A stretch of DNA of 64,000 bases from Phallusia mammillata (lineage: Eukaryota): NCBI GenBank assembly GCA_965637545.1, contig OZ281496.1, positions 24,924,001 to 24,988,000 of the forward strand, written 5' to 3'. This document shows positions 37,620-49,800 of the stretch, piece after piece. Each line of letters opens with the position of its first letter. The stretch's first letter is position 1. The notes under the pieces were generated by a model. The model was not told where the DNA came from. It worked only from the letters and a program-made list of their open reading frames with translations, and ran no database searches. The position numbers and the translations under genes are program-made.

Positions 37620-39570
37620 TTCCGTGTTGGCCGGGGTTCGAACTGTGTCCGGAGGATCGGGAAGCTGGAGACTTACCTCTACACTGCGACTGCTGACAAT
37701 GATTGAATGTTTAAATGGTGTTTATTAGTTTTGACTTGCGTACCGACCTTGTGAGTTAAAATTAAATATTGAAGAGCATTGTAGGTTAGAACGCTTTCTT
37801 TACCGGGGTTCGAACAGCATCCAGAGGATGGGGAAGCTGGAGACTTACCTCTAGACTGCGACTGCTGACTATCAACTGCGGTTTAAATGGTGTTTATTAG
37901 TTTTGACTTGCGTACCAACCTTATGAATTAAAAGGAAGTATTGAAAAGCATTGTAGGTTAGAGGTGAGAACGCTTCCTTACCTGGGGTTCGAACAGCATC
38001 CAGAGGATCGGGAAGCAGGAGACTTACCTCTACACTGCGACTGGTGACAATGATTGAATGTTTAAATGGTGTTTATTAGTTTTGACTTGCGTACCAACCT
38101 TGTGAATTAAAAGGAAGTATTGTAGGTTAGAACGCTTTCTTACCGGGGTTCGAACAGCATCCAGAGGAAGGGGAAGCAGGAGACTTACCTCTACACTGCG
38201 ACTGGTGACAATGATTGAATGTTTAAATGGTGTTTATTAGTTTTGACTTACGTACCGACCTTGTGAGTTAAAATTAAATATTGAAGAGCATTGTAGGTTA
38301 GAACGCTTTCTTTACCGGGGTTCGAACAGCATCCAGAGGATCGGGAAGCAGGAGACTTACCTCTACACTGCGACTGGTGACAATGATTGAATGTTTAAAT
38401 GGTGTTTATTAGTTTTGACTTGCGTACCAACCTTGTGAATTAAAAGGAAGTATTGTAGGTTAGAACGCTTTCTTACCGGGGTTCGAACAGCATCCAGAGG
38501 AACGGGAAGCAGGAGACTTACCTCTACACTGCGACTGGTGACAATGATTGAATGTTTAAATGGTGTTTATTAGTTTTGACTTGCGTACCAACCTTGTGAA
38601 TTAAAAGGAAGTATTGTAGGTTAGAACGCTTTCTTACCGGGGTTCGAACAGCATCCAGAGGAACGGGAAGCAGGAGACTTACCTCTACACTGCGACTGCT
38701 GACAATGATTGAATGTTTAAATGGTGTTTATTAGTTTTGACTTACGTACCGACCTTGTGAGTTAAAATTAAATATTGAAGAGCATTGCAGGTTAGAACGC
38801 TTTCTTTACCGGGGTTCGAACAGCATCCAGAGGATGGGGAAGCTGGAGACTCACCTCTAGACTGCGACTGCTGACTATCAACTGCGGTTTAAATGGTGTT
38901 TATTAGTTTTGACTTGCGTACCAACCTTGTGAATTAAAAGGAAGTATTGAAGAGCATTGTAGGTTAGAGGTGAGAACGCTTCCTTACCTGGGGTTCGAAC
39001 AGCATCCAGAGGATCGGGAAGCAGGAGACTTACCTCTACACTGCGACTGGTGACAATGATTGAATGTTTAAATGGTGTTTATTAGTTTTGACTTGCGTAC
39101 CAACCTTGTGAATTAAAAGGAAGTATTGTAGGTTAGAACGCTTTCTTACCGGGGTTCGAACAGCATCCAGAGGAACGGGAAGCAGGAGACTTACCTCTAC
39201 ACTGCGACTGGTGACAATGATTGAATGTTTAAATGGTGTTTATTAGTTTTGACTTGCGTACCAACCTTGTGAATTAAAAGGAAGTATTGTAGGTTAGAAC
39301 GCTTTCTTACCGGGGTTCGAACAGCATCCAGAGGAACGGGAAGCAGGAGATTTACCTCTACACTGCGACTGCTGACAATGATTGAATGTTTAAATGGTGT
39401 TTATTAGTTTTGACTTGCGTACCGACCTTGTGAGTTAAAAGTAGGTATTGAAGAGCATTGTAGGTTAGAGGTGAGAACGCTTCTTTTAGCGGGGTTCGAA
39501 CAGCATCCAGAGGATCGGGAAGCATGAGACTTACCTCTACACTGCGACTGGTGACAATGATTGGATGTTT
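37620..39570 (-). repeat. Tandem array of 12 units (about 160-180 bp), each with a tRNA-like A-box/B-box cassette
   Basis: ggggttcgaac recurs at about 37632, 37805, 37984, 38144, 38317, 38477, 38639, 38811, 38990, 39151, 39312 and 39491. The minus strand reads gcagtgtagaggtaag...gttcgaaccccgg. Confidence 0.85.
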
Positions 39571-39631
39571 AAATGTCGTTTATTAGTTTTTGCTTGTACA
39601 CAGACTTATGCAAAAAAAGGACTTTTAATTT

Positions 39632-39708
39632 GGTGCACGATGGGATTCGAACGCAGGGCGATGGGTTGTGGGACAGCACCTTTACCCCTACACTACACCA
39701 CGTAACCA
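39632..39708 (-). pseudogene. Degenerate tRNA-like or SINE-head sequence related to the array unit
   Basis: Minus strand ggttacgtggtgtagtgtaggggtaa...gcgttcgaatcccatcgtgcacca: A-box and B-box at tRNA spacing, imperfect acceptor stem. Confidence 0.55.
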
Positions 39709-39774
39709 ACAGTGAACAATAAAGTGACCTAGACAAGTTTTTAGGTGTTTAAACTTAAAACACAAAAGTTTGGA

Positions 39775-39850
39775 TGCTTAGAGCGGGTGTTGAACCACCA
39801 ACCAGTGGATTTGTAATCCAAGCTCATCACCACTTGACCACAGGCGGCAG
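39775..39850 (-). pseudogene. Degenerate tRNA-like sequence (anticodon-like loop TTACAAA in a TGGA/TCCA stem)
   Basis: Minus strand gcctgtggtcaagtggtgatgagcttggattacaaatccactggttggtggttcaacaccc. Confidence 0.45.
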
Positions 39851-40984
39851 ACTGTGAAGATTTGATTTACTTGGTTAAGTTATTTATAGATTCATACACA
39901 TATTTGAAAAATAAATAGGAAGTTAAAATAATAATGATCACAATGATACTGTATATTTTTAACTGCAGGGAGTAATAATATATTTTTCATTCATTCTTAT
40001 TTTTAACGCCAAATACATATGTTGTAATGTTGTTGCCAGTAACATACAATTAGATGTAACACAATGGTTTAACAACGCAAGGTTCAACAAGTGGATTTGA
40101 ATTTAAAAACAAAATAAAAAAAACATATGCACCATCAATATCCTAACACATTAGATGTTCAAATTTACAAACATGTACACGAAAACTACACATAACGACG
40201 GAACAAACGCATATGATATGAAGATGAACATGTATGTGCGCCTATCTCCATCTTCATGTTGCAAAAGCGATAAAAACAAAAATACAAAACAAAAAACAAC
40301 GAAAATCAAACAAAAAATATCCGCTGGTTTAGAAACTTTTGAGCGGACGTCGAAGCGTCGTCAGAAGTTTGGATTCATTTGGTTTGGGAGCACCTGCAAC
40401 AAAACTAACAACTGCATTCGAATGTACGTAAAGCCTTATAAAATATTGAAATTAGATATATTTTTGTGTAGGTTGGTTGCATTGTTGACGCCCAGTTACT
40501 GGTCTATTGTTAACTTTTGAAGCTAATGATGCGAAATCATTTCGTTGATATACTTTTTCCAATGCTGCATACATAAAGGTGTTGACATGCAAAATACAAA
40601 GTGCAACATGCTACAAGCACCAACAAAATTTTAGCTCTTCCGGCAGTTTTTTATTCTATTTTAATATGCCAACGTTTCGATGTCCCATACGAAACACCTT
40701 CATCAGGGTAATGACATACATTGCAAACACAAGTTGTTGATACGTTATGCCTGGCAGCAACAGTGTATTCATGCTACAAGCACCATTTGGAAAAATTGTT
40801 TACATTATACAACTAAGTTACTGGCCAGGAATTTGTAATAAATAACGTACTGCAAGTTCCCAACTTATCCAGCAAAACAAACATACCGGTAATATTTATT
40901 TGCTTTTAGCATTTGGTTTTAGTGTAAACTAGGAGCGCTATTTTACTTACATGTACTTTTCGTAAACACTTGCATGGTGGATAC

Positions 40985-42740
40985 GTTAACTTTAAATATC
41001 GACTGTCCGCTGGAGGTTGCCTGTCAGATGAAAGCCTGTAACAAAACAACACTATTTGGAGTCGCAACAATAGGTAGATAACTGGGCTGATACTTCTAGA
41101 AAATATATGTAAGTTTATTTGCACATAATCACAAATTTTAATTACTATATTTAAAGCTTCTAACTAACGCTAAGCTATACGTGACGTTCCTGATGCAACA
41201 GACAAGCTTTGATGGCGAAATAGTTTTTGTTTAGCAATTAGGGCCTAACAATAGATGCTGAAACGTACATTGCATTCTTTAATTGGTACGTATTGTATGT
41301 CGAAATAACAACGAAAAAGAATTTACTTGAAATCTATACAGATCCACATTTCCCCTCTTGGTCTGCAAGAAAGAAAACACGCCATTTCACTTTGCTCTGT
41401 AGTCCGTTCTGCAAAGAAAATTAAATAGTTAGCAGTATATAACGTATTTATTGTGACACCTAGCTACTGGTAGGAAAAAGGCCAAGTAAACTTTTAATGT
41501 CATAGTCCAAAACTGTGGAGTTTATTAACGTACAATCTTAAAAATATTTGGATAGATGTCAAAATGTACTTGCCTGTTAAATAAATTTCCAAGGTAGAAG
41601 TAAATTTCATCGAAACCCTTTCAATTTTCTGTCTGTTTCGGCTCAAGGTTTGTTTATCGTTCAACAAAGAGCATCTAGAAAAACATTTTAACAGCAGTAT
41701 TGTGTGTGTGTTGAAAATTACGGTATCGGTGCAAGTAGTCTACTTACACTTTAAAGCGCTTCAGACTACCAGTATTTGGATAGTGCAGTCATGGTTCCAA
41801 CTGTTGGCGCCACATTTTTCTAGAACACATTTTTATTCGTGAGATAAATGCTTTCAAGAGGATTTAAAACACTACTTAGTAGGTAATAACATTTCTGACT
41901 TCCGGCACATTAACCAACTAATTTTTTTTTGTCCGAAGGGGGTATGTAACCTAGCTTACTTTATTTAACAATTAAAACTACCTGCATTTGGATTGTAAAA
42001 TCTTGGCTCCAACTCAGGGGACGCGACGTTTTTTCTAGAAAAGAACTCAGTCAACAACCTAATTGTCAAAACTTTTCAAACGAATTAAAAATAAACAAAC
42101 TAAAAGTTATAAGTTCGACACACCTGGTAGGTTCAAGAAAAAAATATTCTGTTGCATGGCAGTTTCTTGGTACGCAAATAGTTAATAACTTCATTTTAAT
42201 ATTTTTTTATAAGGCACATGGGGATTTTACAATTACCACATTGCAGGTTTACTTTACAGCATGCGTTAAGTTTATTAGCATTTCAATGCTATAATAATTT
42301 GTTTTAATATTGCATAAAGCACTTTACAGTATGTGTAAACTTACTTTGATCTCGGTAGAGAGTTTCGGTCCAACCTTAAACTTGTCCGTGCTTTGGCGTC
42401 TTGATCTACTACGTCGAAAACCTGCAACAACAAAACTAGAAGGCAGATACTTGCAACATACTTCGCAGTCAAGCATTAACTTCAAACTCAATTATAAACT
42501 TAATTGTACTGGGTATTTGCGCAAAAGGAAAGTGAGGTGCACCCTCAATTTACCTCTCCGTTTATATCACAATACAACAAATAATGATACAAAATTACCA
42601 ATTATATCATGAACAACAAATATAACCTTAAGCTTTCAGTGGTGTCATTCCAATGTCAAAACGCACGGACAAAAAAAACGTCCTCTCTCCACAGCAACTA
42701 GTGACAAATGGAACACAACACAAGTCACTGCAACTCTTGT
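40985..42740 (-). ncRNA. Candidate multi-exon ORF-poor transcript 3
   Basis: Exon-like segments with AG and GT/GC boundaries at 42345-42421, about 41748-41820 (stops in all three frames), about 41574-41683, 41340-41410 and 40985-41037. Confidence 0.3.
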
Positions 42741-42741
42741 T

Positions 42742-42775
42742 CCCTTTTTTCTTTTTTCATTCGACCAACCAGAAA
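42742..42775 (-). promoter_or_regulatory. Promoter-like element, copy 3 (opposite orientation)
   Basis: Minus strand ttctggttggtcgaatgaaaaaagaaaaaaggg, preceded by attgg, ccaat and tgacgt motifs; followed by an AAG|GTTATA donor at 42627. Confidence 0.5.
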
Positions 42776-43821
42776 TTCGGTTTTGCAACGTCATTGGCCC
42801 TTAAAAATCAACCAATCGTAAGGTTGATTGCATAATTTACCAAATCTTTGCCTGGAATGTGCCCCAAACTATACATAGTTTTTAATAAACTCGTAATGAT
42901 TTGCACATGGTTGCGATAAATGTTATCCACCTGACAGAAAAAATTTTCTCATAACATTTGCGTTAATTTCGACATAGATAAGATTTTTTTGGCTGTTAAA
43001 ACTAAGTAAACAGTTTGATGTTTTGTAAAGCTAACGATGTGTCTTTTTAAAGCCTTTGAGATTTAACAAGAGCTATTGCTGTATTATTGAAAATGTTTCT
43101 TAAAATGTGATTTAATTGCACGAATATATAATTGTGACAAAAACATATCTAAAAAATTGTGCTGTGATCATGGAGTATCCTGTTTTTTAAACTGAAACAT
43201 GACTTATGGCTACGTAACACGCAGTTAATGACTAAAACTTATTACTCAACAATTGTTTTACACCCAAAAATCATATTTTAAAAACGCCCTTTAAGTCTGG
43301 TTAAAATATTGCGTTCTTGCCTCCGATTAAAACCAAGAACGATTAGTAGGTAAAGGTTTTCTAAAACTTAAAACCACTTTAATTATGTAAAACCTTAATA
43401 GAACTTCAACAAAACCACGCTTGGACAAAGGTCTCATGATTAATCATGCATTGCTGCAAAACTGCACAACCAATATCAACAAACATTTTATTCTGAGTAC
43501 AGTGAAATGTGACATGAAATTCCACACAGAAAGGTGAACAAACTGTGAGTAACAAATTGCAAGTCAGTACCTTTATTGTTTTATCGGATTAGTTTCCGTA
43601 CATCTTAACTGTACCACAAACTGTGATGATTAAAACATCTTTTGTCTTTGCAATCATCTTATCTGTTAATTTATAAAAACACATGTATTAATTAAGGGCC
43701 GTAAGTGTCATTTAACAACCACCAAAACACCCAAAACATTCATATATATTCAAAACTGGGTATACATCCTATATACAGTTTACACACTTAAGCAATGTGT
43801 GCTCTTTCCATAGTAAAAAGC

Positions 43822-46800
43822 CTATGCTTTCGCTCCTGGCCTCTCTTCTGAAACATGTTCTCTCGACTCCTCCACCACTCCTTGCTCACTTTCCTCCTCT
43901 TTCTCTTTTCCTTTCTTCATTTCATCTTTTTTCTTGCAGCAAACAAAGGCGATCAGCATGGCTCGAATCACGGCTGGGAAGAAGCAGTACACCAGAAACA
44001 TGACGACACCCTGAAACGAGAAAAACATTTTGCTGTTTCGTCAGTGGCACTGCCAAGACTTTTGGTTAGTTTTAGAGTTTTAATGTGGTCTGCACAATTT
44101 CATTTCAAAGCATAACTTTTTTCCAGCGGGCATGGGCACACTACGTACAATATATATATATTTATTTATATTACTTGACGTTTATGTGATCCCTATTCCT
44201 GCAACGTTTATTGTCTTTGTGCCGTACTTTTTGATTAAGCCCCATACACTTTAGGCTTAGGGGTAGTTTTGTCAAGAAAAAATACCCGCAACAGTTGCTT
44301 TCTAAATTTTGTAAGTGCTTGTGCAACCGCTCCAAACGCATTAATTTTACAGTTATAGTCACACAGAGTTTTAAACGGGACACAGATGTATGCGAGTGTT
44401 AAGTCAGTCCTGAATTAAACACGCTTTATTCAAACTACAGCTCCGTCTCGTCTTACAACTCTATGCAACTCTAACCAATCTTACCATGATGCCGTTCAGC
44501 AGGCCAAACATCCACGCACAACCGTCTAATTGTGATTGATTGGTTGCGTGCAACATCACAAATCCAAAGACCCATGCTATCGCGAAGCCGAAAAGCAAGA
44601 GAACAGAGAAAACAAAATCCAGCTTTGCATGTCCGTGCGGGTGTTTTTGAGGTTGCTCCGGTTTCTAGGTGGAAAATAAATCAGTTCTGTTAGTTTGCTA
44701 TTTGGTTCTTACAGCAGATTGTAGATATGCCTGTTATGGTTACGACTGCCTTTATGCATGACATTACTTAAACAAAGAGGGAATTGAACTAAGAATTTCA
44801 TGTTAATGGACGCAATACTTGCCACAAAGTGTTTTGTTGTAGCGCATAAACAATAACCTGCAATTACTCATAACGATTGCATTGCGCACCCATATAGAAA
44901 ACCGGGTGATCGATACAAAATAATTTAAACCATATTGATTCTATTCAAAAGTTTACGACTTTGGCTGAATGCATCTTACAAATAGCTTTTTTCCTTACCG
45001 GTCTTTTGCAGCACAGAAGCCTGGCCAACACCAGTGCTACAAGGATAATCACCAAGACAAGCGACAACATCACCGGTAAAATGAAACCCACTGAGAATGA
45101 GGAGCCATGAATCCAGCACATGTGTCTTGCCACGTATGTTGACACAAAGAAGATATCGTCTGACAACAAAAAGTCACGAAACTTGTAAGTATCTCATTCC
45201 CCAAAACGCCATTAAATTTGGGAAAATAGTTTTAGCCAAGGGTAAAATATAGAAACGAAAGAGAAACACATTACGGAACGGGTTTCAAACAAAGTGGTTG
45301 ATTATACATGCTGCAACTTATTTGGGGGTCATGTCGCTTAAAATGGCATTTTCAAAGCTTTTACTTCAGGGGTTCTTAACCAGGGGCATAAGACCTGCGA
45401 CTTTGAGATGCAAGGATACCGACTTAGTGAGGTGCAGTAGTAATAATTACTTCACGGAAAAACAGTAGTTGCAAGAACTACTTGATTAATTCGAATAGGT
45501 TCCAGCAAGAAATAAATGTTAAGAACTGCTGGCATCATCGCATAGCCCGCTTTACCTGGTCTGTAAAATCCGTTGTCGAAACTAATAGCAACGAAGGCAG
45601 TGATCAGTACGATGAAGAAAGGTACTATGTAGCAAAGAGCCGCGATCAGAGCCGGTGATTTTGCACCCTCAATCTAAAAAAGATAGAGTTGTAGTGAAGG
45701 CTTAGTGATAAAAAGAGGGCAGAGAAACTGGTTGACGCTGAAAATAAATTCACTTTAGTATTTAAATTCTGATACAATTGTTATTGCTAACTCATATACA
45801 AAGTGCGAAACAGAACAAGGTCATCGTTAAGTTCTAAAACATCAAAATATTAAGAACTTCTAAAAAATCCCCTAACGGCCATAATAGAGGCGGCAACGAA
45901 GCTTGAAAGCAACCCAAACCCTAATATGTTACTATTTAACAAACTCTCAATAATGCGCTTTTTGGTAGTAAACAAAAAAAAACGATTAGCCAGTCTTTAC
46001 ACGGAAAGGAGAGACAAAGTTACCCAAAAAATATAAATTTTCAAGCATAAAATGACGCATAACCGGTCAAAACATTTTCGTAAGCGACTTACATTTAGCA
46101 TAGCCTCGCTTGCATGGTAGATATTTGCAACAAGCCAGAACCAGGCGACCAGAAAGAAGTACTGCATGAATATACCAGAGGCATAACAGGTAGTTCGAAT
46201 AAAAACCTCACTGGTTCCTGTATAGATCTCGTCGATTCCCGCAATAAAGGCCACGTTGCAGATGAACAAAATCACGCAGATGTTACAAACGTACACGGCG
46301 CTTGGGTGCTCGCGAAGTTTTCTGCAAGTAGAATGCAAGTTTGAAAAATCGTATTGCACTAACATTGTGGCTAACACAGTAAACCTCGGTTAAACCGGAT
46401 TCGGTTAATCCGACAAAACTTGACGTATAAATGATTCGCAATGTGGCGAGGCTTCAACTGATCGACATCGGTTAATCCAGATCTTCACCTAATCGGGACT
46501 AATTTTTTGGTCCAAACGGGTCCTGGTTAACCGAGGTTTTTACTGTACATACGTTTTTGATCGGGCTTTTGCTAAACACACGTTAATGTAAGAAATGCGG
46601 GCAAAGGTATTCAAGTAAAGCGACAACCTTTTAATTGATTTTTAACAACATACACATTCGTAAGTCAAATCAACTCATTGGTACTGGATGGTTATGTAAG
46701 TTTTGCTGATTTCGTATTCAACTTACGTGATAAGCAAGAAACACAGGAAGGTTATCGCCAGAGCTATGATACAGATAATGAAGCCGAAGTAGGATGGACC

Positions 46801-46836
46801 GGTGAGAACAAAAGGGGCATCCATTATCCTGTGTTC
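43822..46836 (-). CDS. Gene C 7TM region
   Basis: TM1 SYFGFIICIIALAITFLCFLL; TM3 CYASGIFMQYFFLVAWFWL; ECL2 MCWI; TM6 LLLFGFAIAWVFGF; TM7 AWMFGLLNGIMGVVMFLVYC. Confidence 0.9.
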
Positions 46837-49800
46837 CTGTAACAAAACACTGATTGAATTGGCAGAACCAGTGTTTTTTTAAGGTGTTTTTCAAGTTTCT
46901 CCAGCGGTTTCCCAAAATTTGGACATGGCTATTTTTGGTATTTAAATGAAACACTTGCGGTCTCTTAAAACTACTTAGCGGTCACCCAAACCAAACCTTA
47001 AAAAAACCCTGGGCAGAACTGTTGTGTTTTCGGTGGGATTTTATTTGACATATATGTCTGATTTAGTTTTAGACTACAATCCGAAATGTGCAGGCTGGCT
47101 AGTGTTGCAAACCGGCCTAAAATTGGTCTAAGCGCGGAAGTAAAAGGCAAAACGGATTGTTGTTGTTTTTTCAAAAAAACAAAAAAACAGCCCGAGTTAG
47201 GCTCGCAAGTTAGGTTACCAAACGGAAAATTAAGAGGCAAATGTGAACTAAATCAAGCCATATTCGTTTAAACCGAACGAGACACAAATAGCCCGGCTCA
47301 ACTTAAAACTCTAGTGCAGGCGTGTTTCTAATGTAAAAATTTGGTACACCGTTTATCAGAATTTAATAAATTTTAACATACAGCCTTTCTGTTTTAAAAT
47401 TTTACACACCGAAAGAGCACAAATCAAAATACCAAATTTTGACATTTTATTACTTACAACAACTAGTGAGTAGTCAGTGACTTGTTTGCAGATGCACATC
47501 TGTGGAAAGCTGTTGAGAACATAGGAGCAATCTTGAGCCGTCCATTGGCCCAGTGCCGTTTTATAGGACTTGCACTGAGTTCTTGTCACGTATTCCTAAA
47601 CCAAGTTGGCTGTTGTCATTATATTTGATTCTCGTTCAATAAATGGCTTCACAAAGCGGTGACTTTGAAATGATAATGCTATGCGCAATTGGAGCAAATG
47701 CTCTTGTAAGTACGGTTTTACAGATAAAAAATATTTGCAGCAAAATGGTAATGCAAAATGCCGTCTGTGGACAATGTAAGCAAAACAATCAACCATAAAC
47801 AAAAAATGTCATTGAGGTCTGAAATTTATGCTTTTCTAATTCTACCAGCGTTTTACAAAGGCAATTTTCTGACATTTTTACAGCCTGGTCAGACTATTTT
47901 ACCTTGAGAGTTGTGTTGGGAAAAAGAACAGCAGATTGTTTCTCCCGATTTGTGAGATAAATAATGGTGACGGGAATGTTCGAAGTGGTCTTGTTTCCGG
48001 TTGTAACACTGGTCGATACAATCTGTTAAAACAAAAATTTTGGTAATTAGATATCATCGACAGGAGTTGATGTAGGAGTTTACTTTTTACGAGTTCATGG
48101 TATCCATAATAATTAAAATGTGGAAAGATGCTTTAGAACACTATATACGTTTCGGCAAATGCTTACGCCATCATCAGGGATATGAAAGATGCTTTTTGAT
48201 AAACAAGACTTTAAGAAATCAAGGGCAAATCAGTAATTTGCAATGTCATATCGTTTTAAACACTACTGTCATATCGTTTTAAACACACTACAGATGTTTA
48301 ATGTATTGAAAACACACTACAGATGTCAACTGTTTTGTTAAGTAAGGGCGTCAAAAGATTACTTTTCTTTGGAAACTTTTTATGCGCACTTGACTATTTT
48401 AAACGTAATGTAAAAATATTGTGTAAAAAAAAATATATACAAGCTCGACACCCTGTCCGAAGTTCAGTTTAGACACATATGTTTCCCAACAAACACCACT
48501 GTTATGCTAGGTATAGGCACAGCGCAAAGCCAAACATCATAACTTCTGAATCCTCATGTGATATGAGCAGCAGCACTTACAAACTGTGACGTGCCAGCTG
48601 GAGGAAAAAGGCCCGGGTCCAGCAAAATCCAAAAGCTCATCCGAACTGTGCCGGTTGTTGATAGAGCTCGCTTTACTCTCGCTTTTGCAGCCTGATCAAT
48701 TTCCTTTCCAGCTATACGCACAATGACCACCTGTTTGGGGAAAGTATATATTATACAATTTGAAACCTTCATAAATTGAAAATCAACACCGTGTATTTGA
48801 TTTGTATGATAAAATAAATTTTAAACACAAACTGTGATGTTCTTATTTTAAACAGTGTACAAATAAATATAAATGTCAACATCAGAAAGTACATCAGTAC
48901 GCAGCAGATAGATAACACTGTTTTGACCTATAAGGTCTTATCTTTGCAGTGTATCTTACCATAAGTGATTGAGCGTATGCGTTAATATTCCACCTTATGG
49001 TAGTGCAGTGTATATATTCTGACATCCCTATAAATTGTGCTTAGGAATTGTTATTTGGGGATTACCTGTTGACCGGTTTGGGGGTTAACCAATGTACTGT
49101 TAACGTCTTTGTATTTGTTGTTTGCATCCAATTGTACATCGGTCACCTATAAAGTTGGTTGTCGTTAGGAGGAAAAAGTTTCAAAACAGAACTGTAATAA
49201 AGGTCTAATAGAGCGTATTTAGTATCAATCTGTCATAAAATTGATGTTTTCATTGGAAAATTATACAGTATCATTTACAGACATTGCAAAATTTAATGAA
49301 AAATGGTTAAAATTACAAAAAGCAATGGACATCAAAACAAAAATAAACGTTCACCTGCACACTCGTCTTATTGGTCTTGAGACTGATAAAGTTTTGGTTG
49401 GCTGGCATCACAACGCGATCAGTTAATTTGCGTAGACCAGTTTTCAGTTTTTGTTTGCTAGTTTTCGCGCTGGGAAAAAAACAAAATGTATTTAAACCAT
49501 GGCACAACACACCAACAACAGTACTCTGAGCCAGCATCTAAAACACTCCATGGTCTGCAAACGTATTCGCATTAATACAGCAATTCAATTAACGCTATCA
49601 ACTTAGTGCAACAGCAAAAATGCACTTACGTTGTTGTGTTTCCTAAAGCTGTTGATATTTTATCTGAGCTTACAATGGCATCAAAAAGAGTGGATGGTGC
49701 GATCTGTCAACAAATAAAAAAACATTAGCTAACGGAAAACCCCATTTCCAATAAGCAAAAAACGTAAAATATTTTCGAGTAACAAAATCAGTCAGTTAAT

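Noticed and set aside
37620-39570. CRISPR-like or spliced-leader RNA gene array (each unit has AGAG|GTAAGT on the minus strand)
   Set aside because: There are no unique spacers and the context is eukaryotic. No Sm-binding site follows the donor-like motif, which overlaps the tRNA A-box region and is shared with the flanking tRNA-like copy. A tRNA/SINE origin explains it better.
39632-39850. Functional tRNA genes
   Set aside because: Acceptor and T-stems are mismatched, so they were kept only as tRNA-like pseudogenes.
44490-44665. Apparent frameshift in gene C TM6-TM7 exon
   Set aside because: Careful re-reading gives an open frame (KPEQPQ...AWVFGF...AWMFGLLNGIM), so gene C is not a pseudogene here.
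45367-45531. hAT-like MITE (caggggttcttaac / gttaagaactgctg)
   Set aside because: The ends are plausible, but no target-site duplication was found, so support is insufficient to list it as a feature.
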